NCBI GenBank assembly: GCA_018813685.1
Contig: JAHJAV010000097.1
Span: forward strand, 1 to 54,205
Source of the DNA: Nanobdellota archaeon
GTDB taxonomy: Archaea; Nanobdellota; Nanobdellia; Woesearchaeales; JACPBV01
Length of the DNA stretch: 54,205 nt
Direction of reading: 5' to 3'
The first letter of the stretch is position 1. The number at the start of each line of letters is the position of its first letter. Shown here piece after piece: positions 43,594-52,970 of the stretch. The notes below the pieces were generated by a model that was not told where the DNA came from, did no database searches, and saw only the letters and a list, made by a program, of their open reading frames with translations. Both the position numbers and the translations under genes were made by a program.

Positions 43594-45057
43594 ATGGCTC
43601 AAATTTTATTGATAAATCCCCAGGTTGAATTAGGGAGAAAGATAAAGGGAACAAGAAGTTATCCTGCCCCATTGGGCTTGCTTTCTATTGGCTCTTATTT
43701 AGTTAATAGGGGGTATTCTGTCACCCTGATAAATGCTATAACTGAAGATGAGCCTATGAACAAGATAATTCAGGAAGCTAAGGATGCAAAGTATGTTGGA
43801 TTAACTATGATGACCGCGCAAATACCCCATGCACTTATGATAAGTGATAAGCTGAAGGAGATGGGGAAAACAATTATATTCGGAGGAATTCATGCTGAGC
43901 TTTTTAAAGAGCAAACATGCGGCGATAAATCAGTGGATTATGTTGTTTATGGAGAAGGAGAAAAAACTTTTTTTGAGCTTATAGAATCATTAGAAAAAGG
44001 AAAAAGTGTTGAGAACATAACTGGGTTAGCATATAAGAAGGGGGATAAGGTTATAGTCAATCCTGCTCGTGAGCTTTTATCTGTTGAAGAGATTCCTGAC
44101 CCTAATTATGGGCTTATAGACTTAAAAAGGAAATTTAGAGCAAAGCCGAGGACACTTGAACTTGAAACTTCAAGGGGGTGTCCGTATCAGTGTAGATTTT
44201 GTATAGATACTATAGGTTGGAGGCGAAAATGGAGGGCTATGCCTGCAGAAAGGGTTTTAAGAATACTTGAACGTATGAAACAGGATTATGATGTTGAGGT
44301 TGTTTTATTCAGGGAGGAGAATTTCTTTATAGACAAAAAGCGGGTTGAGCAGATAGCAGACGGCCTTATAGAAAAAAAATTGAATATAAAATGGGTGACT
44401 AATGTAAGGGCAGATTGCTTTAGGGATGGATATATAGACGATGCCTTTATGGAAAAATTGAAAAAATCCGGGGCATCTGTATTTTACATAGGTGTTGAAT
44501 CAGGATCTGATAAAATAAGGGAATATATGAAAAAAGAGATTACATCAGAGCACATCTATAGGTCTGTTGAGCTTTGTGGAAAATATGATGTAGAATGTAA
44601 GATGGGGTTTATGATTGGATATCCTACTGAAACGAGGAAGGATATGTTTGATACGATTTCGATGATAAATAAAATGATTAAGGTAAATCCAAATACTATT
44701 ATCAATGGGCCTGTGCCTTTTAGACCTTATCCCGGGGCTTCTGTTTATGAGTTCTGTATAAGTTCAGGGTTGCATGAGCCTAAGACACTTAGGGAATGGG
44801 CAAAAGACACTGATTTTTCAGCTTATCTTTCTGTAAATGGATTTCCCTGGGTTGAAAAGGAGAATCGGGATATTGTTGCTAATTTAGGGAGATATACTAC
44901 ATTGGCAGTCAGCCAGTGGAGTAGAATAATTCGTTTTTCTTCTTTATTGATAATTCCTGCATTATTGTGCAAGCTAAGGTGGAAGTTGAAATTCTTCAAG
45001 TATCCTTTTGATCATTTACTTTACAAATTTGTTACAAGAAAAATGCCGATATATTGA
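43594..45057 (+). CDS. Class B (B12-binding domain) radical SAM enzyme
   Basis: ILLINP...PLGLLSIGSYL...GGIHA and SRGCPYQCRFC. Confidence 0.85.
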   Translation: MAQILLINPQVELGRKIKGTRSYPAPLGLLSIGSYLVNRGYSVTLINAITEDEPMNKIIQEAKDAKYVGLTMMTAQIPHALMISDKLKEMGKTIIFGGIHAELFKEQTCGDKSVDYVVYGEGEKTFFELIESLEKGKSVENITGLAYKKGDKVIVNPARELLSVEEIPDPNYGLIDLKRKFRAKPRTLELETSRGCPYQCRFCIDTIGWRRKWRAMPAERVLRILERMKQDYDVEVVLFREENFFIDKKRVEQIADGLIEKKLNIKWVTNVRADCFRDGYIDDAFMEKLKKSGASVFYIGVESGSDKIREYMKKEITSEHIYRSVELCGKYDVECKMGFMIGYPTETRKDMFDTISMINKMIKVNPNTIINGPVPFRPYPGASVYEFCISSGLHEPKTLREWAKDTDFSAYLSVNGFPWVEKENRDIVANLGRYTTLAVSQWSRIIRFSSLLIIPALLCKLRWKLKFFKYPFDHLLYKFVTRKMPIY

Positions 45058-45066
45058 GAAATTTGA

Positions 45067-45786
45067 TTATATCCTACCTAAAAAGTGCATAACTCTGAGT
45101 TTTAGGATAGCAATATAACTCTTCCATAACTGTGTAATGTTAAGTTTTGAGTTTCCAATCTGTCTTTCTTTGAAAGTTATTGGAATTTCGATTATTTTTA
45201 GATTCTTTAACCTGGCTTTGAACAATACTTCCTGGACAATTTGGGGGCCCCGTGATATTATCTTTTCTGGCTGGATTTTTGTTAGAGCCTGCCTTGTGAA
45301 GCACCTATAACCAGAGTTACAATCTCTGATGTTAAGGCCTAAGACTAACCTTATATACATGTTTGCAAGCTTTGTTATTGCTCTTCTCCCTATATTTTCT
45401 CTTGCATCGCGACCTCCTTGAGTTAATCTTGAGCCAAGTACAACATCTGCACGTTTGATTTTTTCCAGGAACTGAGGTATATATTTGGGATTATGGCTTA
45501 AATCTGCATCCATCTCTATGATGTAATCTGCTTTGTGGTTTAGTGCCCATATAAATCCGGCTTTTCCAGCATAGCCTCTCCCTCTTTTTTCTGTTCTTAA
45601 CAATAGGTGGACTTTTTTGTTCTTTTTTGAGATGTTTTCAACTATTTTGTATGTTTTGTCAGGGGAATTATCGTCTATAACTAATATCTCTAACCCCCCT
45701 ATTTTTAATTTTAGAATGGAATTTATCAATATTCTTATATTTTCCTTTTCATTATATGTTGGGATTGTTACAATTGTTTTTTTCAT
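45067..45786 (-). CDS. GT2 polyprenyl-phosphate sugar synthase-like glycosyltransferase
   Basis: IVTIPTYNEKENI...VIDDNSPDKT...MDADLSH...GSRL. ATGA overlap with the upstream GT-C gene. Confidence 0.85.
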   Translation of the reverse strand: MKKTIVTIPTYNEKENIRILINSILKLKIGGLEILVIDDNSPDKTYKIVENISKKNKKVHLLLRTEKRGRGYAGKAGFIWALNHKADYIIEMDADLSHNPKYIPQFLEKIKRADVVLGSRLTQGGRDARENIGRRAITKLANMYIRLVLGLNIRDCNSGYRCFTRQALTKIQPEKIISRGPQIVQEVLFKARLKNLKIIEIPITFKERQIGNSKLNITQLWKSYIAILKLRVMHFLGRI

Positions 45787-47276
45787 ATTTTGCATATACT
45801 TGTTCCTGTTTGTGGATTAGAGTAAATGATAGCGCATTTTGTTTGTTTTTGTATGAATTTTTGTTGCTCTTCTGTCAATGTTACCTGTGGCTCTATATTA
45901 AATTTTTCATTGAAGAAAAAATATCCTGCCTTTATATATTTGTAATCTTCTTTGTTTAGGGGTAGGAATCTAGCGTTTCTTTCTGTGTTTATGGTTAGGC
46001 ACTGGCCGTTTGAATAGAAAAGCGCATCTTTTGGCATATTTTCTTTTATCCAGACATAATCTTTGTCATATCTGTTCCATTCATTTGAGGCAATCCTGGA
46101 TTTAAATATGATGATTCCTGCAAATGAAACTGCAATCAAAGATAATAAAACAAAAGTGATAATCATTTTTTTCTGTAGATTTACCTTCTTAATTATGCTG
46201 TTGAATCCAATTGCCCATAAGATTGCGATTGCAGGCATTATTGGAATAAGCATCCTTGTTTCTGAGTATTTATAGAATATGTTGAATATAGCAAAAGGGA
46301 GGATCCATAAAATGAGGAAGATTTCAACTTTGCTTATTTTTTTAGGATTTTTAAGAATTCTATATAGCGAGAGAATTGCAGGGATTAAATAGATAATTCC
46401 AACTATGACTAACGATGCAAATAGAAAACTTACAAATGGTATATTTAAGAATGAAATTGTTCTTGCATCTCCCCCTGGAACGCCAAAAAGGCCTAGAACA
46501 TTTGCAGATATCACTTTTATATTCAGGAAATTAGGTATCTGCATGCCTGGTGTGGACAATTCTCCAAAACCTTCTACAGTTATGCCACCAAATATAGATC
46601 TTAAGCTTGGCCAAACTGGATTGCCGAATATCAGATAGCTTCTGACGTATGATAATATGCCTATAGATGATGCTGCAAAGAATAATGCATATTTTTTTAG
46701 ATTGGTTTTATGTTTTGAGTAGATAAGATAGATAAGCGCAGGCAAGATCAATGGGGCGTTAAATTTGGATAAAACTGATAATCCGAAGAAAAGGCCTGCG
46801 AGCGCTAATCTGCCTTTAAGTATGAAGTATATTGATCCTAACATCAGGCAAGTAAGAAATATCTCTATATGATAGTTTGAGCTGTAATCAATGAATATCG
46901 GAATGAAAGCTAAGAATAAGACAGAATATACTGCGATGTTTTTGCCGTATATTTTTTTGGTTATTAGGAAAATTAATGTCAGGCAAAACAATGAGGCCAA
47001 AGGCAATATTAACCTTATAAAAAAACCGTCTAACCCGAATAAGCTATCAAATTTGTAGAATGCTGCATTTATTATATGAAATAATGGTGGCGGCCAGAAA
47101 GGATCTGTTCTGCCTAAGTATTCGAATGTAGGCAGTTTTCCGGTTTCTGATATAAACCTAGAGATAGACATATGCCAACAACCGTCTCCAGATATATGGT
47201 TTGTCAGGCTTATAGATAAAGTTATGAGGAAAGATAATGAAATTATGATTGCGGCAATCTTTGTCTTTTTATCCAT
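45783..47276 (-). CDS. GT-C-fold (ArnT/PMT-like) membrane glycosyltransferase
   Basis: Polytopic. HISGDGCWHM...FWPPPLFHI. C-terminal YVWIKENMPKDALFY. Confidence 0.7.
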   Translation of the reverse strand: MDKKTKIAAIIISLSFLITLSISLTNHISGDGCWHMSISRFISETGKLPTFEYLGRTDPFWPPPLFHIINAAFYKFDSLFGLDGFFIRLILPLASLFCLTLIFLITKKIYGKNIAVYSVLFLAFIPIFIDYSSNYHIEIFLTCLMLGSIYFILKGRLALAGLFFGLSVLSKFNAPLILPALIYLIYSKHKTNLKKYALFFAASSIGILSYVRSYLIFGNPVWPSLRSIFGGITVEGFGELSTPGMQIPNFLNIKVISANVLGLFGVPGGDARTISFLNIPFVSFLFASLVIVGIIYLIPAILSLYRILKNPKKISKVEIFLILWILPFAIFNIFYKYSETRMLIPIMPAIAILWAIGFNSIIKKVNLQKKMIITFVLLSLIAVSFAGIIIFKSRIASNEWNRYDKDYVWIKENMPKDALFYSNGQCLTINTERNARFLPLNKEDYKYIKAGYFFFNEKFNIEPQVTLTEEQQKFIQKQTKCAIIYSNPQTGTSICKI

Positions 47277-48294
47277 TTTTCATCAGTTTGCTTACTGCAT
47301 TTGTGAAATCATCAATAGCTATTTTTTCCATACAATTTAGATTTAAGTTGCATTCTTTTTTATAGCAGGTTATGCAATCCATCTTAGGGGTTATCTTAAT
47401 CCCATTTCCATATAAATCTATTTCAGCAGCACTAGTCGGGCCGAAGAACGCAATCACTTTTTTGCTTAGCGCAATCCCTATGTTAAGGGCGAGGCTGTCT
47501 GAGGTTATTAATATGCTGCATAGGTTAATTAGGGCTGCAAACTCCTTCAGAGAGTTATCGCATCCAGTATCAATTATTTTTTGTTTTAATAAATCTTTTA
47601 TCCTCTTATTCCTTTCTTTTTCTTCGGGGCCACCAAAAAGCAGGAGTTTTACATTGGGTATTTTTGAAAGGTTTTCTGCAAGTTCAATTGTCTTTTTTTC
47701 TGAGAGCTTCTTCAACTGCCATCTTTTTCCTGCTGATGTGTTCAATCCTATCACTAAACTGTCTTCTTTTATATTGTGTTTATCTGCAAAAGTTTCTGAG
47801 AATTCAGTGCCTTCCTTTGTTAGTTTTAAAATGGGTCTGCTGTTTTTTATATTTAGGATATTACAGATGATATCCTGATAGGTTTTTTTGTTTTCTTTTT
47901 TCAGTTGATCTGCCTTTTCTTTCCCAAAAACTGAAGTCAGGCCCATATCGAACCATGGTGAAGAATCCTTTGTGTAAACTATCTTGTTGTTTTTAAGAAA
48001 CGCTCCTACCAACGTTTCTTTATTTAGGCTTTCTACTATCCTGCAGCTTTCTTCATTGTCTTCAAGATTTATTACCAGATTGTAGGATTCTTTATTTAAT
48101 TCTTGGATGTCTTCTTTATTGTTTGCAATTAATATACTGCCTATGAGGGGGTTGCTTTTCAAAAGTTCTGAAGAGTACTCTTCTGTAAGCCAGAATATCT
48201 TTGAATCAGGATATTTTTCTTTTAAGCCAGGGAGAATAGAGGTAGTCCTCAATACATCGCCTGTGGCTGCCAGCTTGATTATAAGTATTTTCAT
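47269..48294 (-). CDS. Glycosyltransferase family 9 (heptosyltransferase-like)
   Basis: MKILIIKLAATGDVLRTTSILPGLKEKYPDSKIFWLTEE...LLKSNPLI. Confidence 0.8.
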   Translation of the reverse strand: MKILIIKLAATGDVLRTTSILPGLKEKYPDSKIFWLTEEYSSELLKSNPLIGSILIANNKEDIQELNKESYNLVINLEDNEESCRIVESLNKETLVGAFLKNNKIVYTKDSSPWFDMGLTSVFGKEKADQLKKENKKTYQDIICNILNIKNSRPILKLTKEGTEFSETFADKHNIKEDSLVIGLNTSAGKRWQLKKLSEKKTIELAENLSKIPNVKLLLFGGPEEKERNKRIKDLLKQKIIDTGCDNSLKEFAALINLCSILITSDSLALNIGIALSKKVIAFFGPTSAAEIDLYGNGIKITPKMDCITCYKKECNLNLNCMEKIAIDDFTNAVSKLMKNG

Positions 48295-48393
48295 ATACAT
48301 GAGGTGTATGCGCCTGTTTTTAAGATTTATGTATTTATCTTCTAATCTTTAATAAACTTTATTGTTGTATAAACTGTTATTTGATTTCATGAT

Positions 48394-48407
48394 AAAGTTT
48401 AAATATA
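48394..48407 (+). promoter_or_regulatory. BRE/TATA box
   Basis: AAAGTTTAAATATA lies about 28 nt upstream of ATG 48428. Confidence 0.5.
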
Positions 48408-48427
48408 CTCAATTTTTCTTTAAGTAT

Positions 48428-49999
48428 ATGAGGGTGGACAGGAAAATAGAATTTGTATTTGTAGTGTTGCTTTATCTTAGCTGCTTGTGGCTTTGGAGCC
48501 TGCCTTTTCAGAAGAACAGCTTGCCTTATGGGGAAGTGGATGCCTCTTCGCATTTTGCTGTTGCAGATTATATGACCCAGACAGACAAGCCGATAGGATT
48601 ATTGCCTTATTATATCGACAAAAGATATGGGGGGGATAATGACTATAAAAATCATGTTTTGTGGTATCATCCACCTTACCATACTGCGTTTTCTATAGCC
48701 CAAATAATGGGGGGAGAAAGAGTACTTCCTGTGTTTTTAGCAAATGCAATATTTTCTTCTATAGTGTTGCTTTCTGTTTATTTCGTAATAAGGAAAATGT
48801 TCGGATTTTTACCTGCGTTATTATCTGGGTTTTTGCTTATGTTTTCCATGAGGGATATCATGGCGTATTTATGGGGGCAGTGGCCTGAAAGGATGGGATT
48901 TGCTTATCTGCCACTTGTTCTTTATTGTTTTTATAAATATGCTAGGTCTTATCTAGACAAGGAAGAAAAACCAATTTATATATATCTTACGGGGATTCTT
49001 TTGGCTGTTAATTTTTTTGTGCACCCAATGACATTTTTGCATACTGCTGCATCTATCTTCATATTGGTCATATTGTTATTTGCAAAGGAGAGAAAACTAT
49101 TTTTTAATCTTAAGCATGTGTCCCTTGCTATTGTAATTTTCTTGGTTATCATAAGTATTTTTCCTTTGCAGACAATGAATGTTGTAGTTAGGCTTTTGCC
49201 AGGAGGGAAAGATACTCCCACCGAGACAAACAGGGTAAGCATAAGCAGGCTTTTTATGTGGGCAGGTGGATTAAGCGCAGAGGGATCTGTTCCAGATTCA
49301 TACTTTTCTTATAACCAGATGATTGGTCCTTATTGGACGATGATTCTTCTGTTTTTGGGTGTTTTTATTATATTCTTTAGGAGGAATGAAAAGGATATTG
49401 TACTGATTTCGTGGCTTATTGGACTTTACTTTATGGTACATCTGGATGTAATTGGGCAGCCTGGAAGGGTGCATAGGTCATTGAGCGCCAGCGCACAAAT
49501 ATTTTATCCTTTGATTGTTTTGGGTTTGCTATACTTACTTTCTTATTCAAAATATCTTGGAAAATACAAGACTTATCTTAAATATGGGGTAATAGCTATT
49601 TTTGTGATATTGATAATGTTTTCAAGCGGAAAGATGGCCTATTCTCAGCTTAAGGGCGCTTATGGCGGGATAATCAGGGTTACACCTTACCAATATGATG
49701 CTGCTGAGTGGATGAAGGATAATCTTCCGAGAGATTCTGAGGTTTATCAATTTGGAACATTAACAATGGCTAAGTCTAGATGGATGTGGATGCTTTCTGA
49801 TACTTATATCATATATAGAGATATTTTTGATGAGAGAGATTTAGTTAATGCTACTCATATCTTGATGGATTATTCTGACAGGGCGGCCATAGGTGATAAG
49901 AATACAGTTGATGGGATGCAGAGCTGGGAGAAAGAAAATCTAGCAAATTCAACTTTGTTATACAATAAGAATAACATAAGGGTGTACCAACGTGGTTAA
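48428..49999 (+). CDS. GT-C-like polytopic membrane protein
   Basis: YGEVDASSHF...WYHPPYH. More than 10 TM segments. C-terminal AEWMKDNLPRDSEVY. Confidence 0.6.
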   Translation: MRVDRKIEFVFVVLLYLSCLWLWSLPFQKNSLPYGEVDASSHFAVADYMTQTDKPIGLLPYYIDKRYGGDNDYKNHVLWYHPPYHTAFSIAQIMGGERVLPVFLANAIFSSIVLLSVYFVIRKMFGFLPALLSGFLLMFSMRDIMAYLWGQWPERMGFAYLPLVLYCFYKYARSYLDKEEKPIYIYLTGILLAVNFFVHPMTFLHTAASIFILVILLFAKERKLFFNLKHVSLAIVIFLVIISIFPLQTMNVVVRLLPGGKDTPTETNRVSISRLFMWAGGLSAEGSVPDSYFSYNQMIGPYWTMILLFLGVFIIFFRRNEKDIVLISWLIGLYFMVHLDVIGQPGRVHRSLSASAQIFYPLIVLGLLYLLSYSKYLGKYKTYLKYGVIAIFVILIMFSSGKMAYSQLKGAYGGIIRVTPYQYDAAEWMKDNLPRDSEVYQFGTLTMAKSRWMWMLSDTYIIYRDIFDERDLVNATHILMDYSDRAAIGDKNTVDGMQSWEKENLANSTLLYNKNNIRVYQRG

Positions 50000-50345
50000 T
50001 CTGGGGAAAAAGGAACTTGGAATTTTAGCCTTGATTTTGATAGGAATATTTTCCCTAATATTTTTTGGGTTTACAGGGTTTAAGGTAGTCATTGGCTTTA
50101 TTGCGCTTTTCTTTTTGCCATTTTATCTTATTCTGGATAATTTTGATTTAGAAGAGGGTGAGAAGATTATCTTTTCATTATTTATAGGGGTTGTAATGTT
50201 TCCCTCTTTGGTTTATCTTTTAGGGGGAATTTTTGGGATAAGAATTTCTATAATTGTGAGTTTTGTGGTGTTTGTTTTAGGTGGGTTGATGATCAGATGG
50301 TTTTTTTCTAGAGCTAATAAAAATACCAGCGATGATAATGACTGA
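49992..50345 (+). CDS. Small membrane protein (117 aa)
   Basis: GTG start overlapping the upstream stop. 3-4 TM segments. Confidence 0.45.
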   Translation: MVNLGKKELGILALILIGIFSLIFFGFTGFKVVIGFIALFFLPFYLILDNFDLEEGEKIIFSLFIGVVMFPSLVYLLGGIFGIRISIIVSFVVFVLGGLMIRWFFSRANKNTSDDND

Positions 50346-50672
50346 AGGCAGTATAAATACGTGGTATCTTATGTTCAGCCCAATCAACCCGATGTAATAT
50401 GAGGATATTCCTATCATTGCTGAGCTTAATCCAACCCCTATAATCAGCCTTTCTGTGAAGCTTAGTTTGTCTTCCCAATAGAACATAACTGAAATTCCCG
50501 GAATTATGAAAACCCAGAAGAATGAAAGAGTTAGCCTTAGGATTACTGCAAAGCTTTCTTTGAAAAACAATATCTTAAGGGCGATTATACTTATAACTGC
50601 TAAAATTAAAATGTATTTTGATTCTTCAATTACTTTCTTAAAAAGTTGTTTGTTCTGCAATGCAATCTTCAC
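50277..50672 (-). CDS. Small membrane protein (131 aa), apparent paralog of 49992-50345
   Basis: 3-4 TM segments. Coupled to the upstream GT-C-like gene (35-nt overlap). Confidence 0.5.
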   Translation of the reverse strand: MKIALQNKQLFKKVIEESKYILILAVISIIALKILFFKESFAVILRLTLSFFWVFIIPGISVMFYWEDKLSFTERLIIGVGLSSAMIGISSYYIGLIGLNIRYHVFILPSVIIIAGIFISSRKKPSDHQPT

Positions 50673-52338
50673 CTCTGTTGCTGTTTTCCAGTATAACTAC
50701 AATTCCGTTATCAAATACTGGTTTGATAAAATCGTTCTTTATAAGCTCATTTGCTATCAGTATGTTATATTGCGCAAGCGCTGCCTGGCTTGAGACCTTA
50801 TCAACTATGATGAAATCAAAATCACAGATGTCTCTTTGGGTGTTATAAAAGTAATCCTTCCCTATTTCATCTGCATGATACCCATAATCCAATAAAGATT
50901 TTCTATATGCATAATGGACACCATGATGATCTCCCAACAGGTAAATTCCTATATGCCTGTTTATTGTTCTATTTGCCAATGCTGAAACATACTCTTCTGT
51001 GTTGACCATATAGGGAACTCTGAATGTGTTCCTAAGCATTGCATTCTGATTGTATACATCTCCGTAGAGGAAGAGTACTTTTGAATCTTCATCTGTATTG
51101 CCTTTTATCCAGTTAAATGTCTGCCAGTGGTATTGATTCATTATTCCTGCAGAAGTGAATCTTTCTGAGTGAGGAATATACGGAATTGCTACAACTCCAC
51201 TGAGGATTATGGCTAATATTATGCCAATTGCAAACGAATAAGCAGTTTTCCATTTTTTTATGACTAATTTTAACAGATAATATATTGAAATGCCTAAAAA
51301 TAATGAAAGATATATGGGCCATAAGCATCTTGTTTTGAAAGCATGCCTTTCAAGGCCTATGTAATTTCCAAAACCTACGAGAAGCATAAAAAATGAGATT
51401 AATATGGGTGTTGAAAACTTCTTTTTTAGCATGAACAATGCAATTATCATGCCTATTATCAACAAAGGCAATATCAACCCAAAGTTGGAGAGATATAATG
51501 TTTGGTCTGTTGATGTTGTTGCGACAATGTTAAATCCAGATGGAACTTGTGTTTTGACTAGTGTAAATCTGAATATTATCAGGTAATACGCAGAAATTAC
51601 AAGAAACAGCAATATCCCTGATGTAAAGTGTTTTATCTTTTCCTTGCTAAACTCTTTTTTTGCAAGCCACCAGATTCCCATGATTATCATAAAGCCTGCT
51701 GCAAATAATAGCTCTGTCTGGTGCTGAAGCGCAATTGCGCTTAAGAAGACTGCAAGAAATATCCAGGAATATTTAAGGTCGAAGTTTGTCATGTACCAGA
51801 AGAAGCAGATAAGGAAGAACTGCCCGAATATCAAAGGCCAGCTGCCCCATGTTATCAATGCATATGGGCCTATGCCTGGGCCTCTTGTAAATAAAAGAAA
51901 AGATAATGGTAGAGCTATCATCGCAATGTGTTTGTTCCATCTTCTAATTATGAGGTAAAACGCTAATGATGAGAAACAGAGGATTATAAATGTCAATAAG
52001 TAGGCTATGTCATAGTTCTCAAGCCCAGATGCATAAGACATAATCACATCAAGATGATACATCAATGGGGGGTAAAATCCAATAGCATCTTTAAATCCGC
52101 CTGCAATATAGGGCGCTTCGTACCTGTAATTTCCCATCTGCTTTATACTATCTATCCTTACCTGATGCTGAAATGTATCAGAGGCCATGTAAGAGAATGG
52201 AAAATCATGATTTATTTTATAGTCCCAAAGATTGGCTACACCTGCCCATAAAATGAAGAAGAATATTATAATGAGGTAGATTTTTTCAAAATCGAGCTTT
52301 AGTTTCAAATTGAGAACCTCTCTTTTATTATTCTCCAA
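50638..52338 (-). CDS. GT-C-like polytopic membrane protein
   Basis: MASDTFQH...GFYPPLMYH. More than 10 TM segments. C-terminal FNWIKGNTDEDSKVLF. Confidence 0.6.
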   Translation of the reverse strand: MENNKREVLNLKLKLDFEKIYLIIIFFFILWAGVANLWDYKINHDFPFSYMASDTFQHQVRIDSIKQMGNYRYEAPYIAGGFKDAIGFYPPLMYHLDVIMSYASGLENYDIAYLLTFIILCFSSLAFYLIIRRWNKHIAMIALPLSFLLFTRGPGIGPYALITWGSWPLIFGQFFLICFFWYMTNFDLKYSWIFLAVFLSAIALQHQTELLFAAGFMIIMGIWWLAKKEFSKEKIKHFTSGILLFLVISAYYLIIFRFTLVKTQVPSGFNIVATTSTDQTLYLSNFGLILPLLIIGMIIALFMLKKKFSTPILISFFMLLVGFGNYIGLERHAFKTRCLWPIYLSLFLGISIYYLLKLVIKKWKTAYSFAIGIILAIILSGVVAIPYIPHSERFTSAGIMNQYHWQTFNWIKGNTDEDSKVLFLYGDVYNQNAMLRNTFRVPYMVNTEEYVSALANRTINRHIGIYLLGDHHGVHYAYRKSLLDYGYHADEIGKDYFYNTQRDICDFDFIIVDKVSSQAALAQYNILIANELIKNDFIKPVFDNGIVVILENSNRGEDCIAEQTTF

Positions 52339-52952
52339 AATATGAGGAAACCATCTTTAATTTTTATTTTTGAGTGGCCAACTCTCTTTTTATAATCTAT
52401 GGGGATCTCTTTTATCTTTAATCTATTCTTTAGGGCTTTTACTGTTATTTCTGCTTCAATGTCAAAACCTTTTGAGCTGAATTTCTTGAATCTATTTACT
52501 TTGAAAGCTCTAAGGCCTGAGTTGATATCTTTTAACCTGCCGCCATATAGGAGGTTTATTGCAAGAGTGTGTATCTTGTTTGGCAGGCGGTGAAATGGCT
52601 TTATCTCTTTTAGGCTTCTTGCTCCCACGACCATATCGAATCCTTCTTTTTCAATAAGGTTTAGTAGTTTTGGTATGTACTTAACAGGGTAAGTTTGGTC
52701 GCAATCTATAAGGACTAAGATATCATAATCCTTTTCTTTTGCTATCTGAAGGGCTTTTCTGATTCCAAAGCCCTTGCCTTTGCCGTCTCTTTGATATATC
52801 GGAACTTTGTTCTTTTTGGCTATCCCTATAGTGCCATCTGTTGAGTTTGCGTCAGATATAAAAAAGTCATAACCTAATGATTTAATCTCATCTATCATGA
52901 CCTGTACGTTTTCTTTTTCGTTTCTTGTCGGAAGACAGATGACTGGTTTCAT
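52305..52952 (-). CDS. GT2 polyprenyl-phosphate sugar synthase-like glycosyltransferase (short, no TM tail)
   Basis: ICLPTRNEKENV...SDANSTDGT...IDCDQTY...GARS. Confidence 0.8.
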   Translation of the reverse strand: MKPVICLPTRNEKENVQVMIDEIKSLGYDFFISDANSTDGTIGIAKKNKVPIYQRDGKGKGFGIRKALQIAKEKDYDILVLIDCDQTYPVKYIPKLLNLIEKEGFDMVVGARSLKEIKPFHRLPNKIHTLAINLLYGGRLKDINSGLRAFKVNRFKKFSSKGFDIEAEITVKALKNRLKIKEIPIDYKKRVGHSKIKIKDGFLIFWRIIKERFSI

Positions 52953-52970
52953 TGTAAGAACTACATATAA

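Noticed and set aside
47372-47878. 168-aa plus-strand ORF antisense to the GT9 gene. Similar shadow ORFs occur at 10250-10561, 11515-11844, 26483-26821 and 52897-53265.
   Set aside because: The opposite strand carries recognisable family motifs in each case. These ORFs have no domains and no promoter or SD context.
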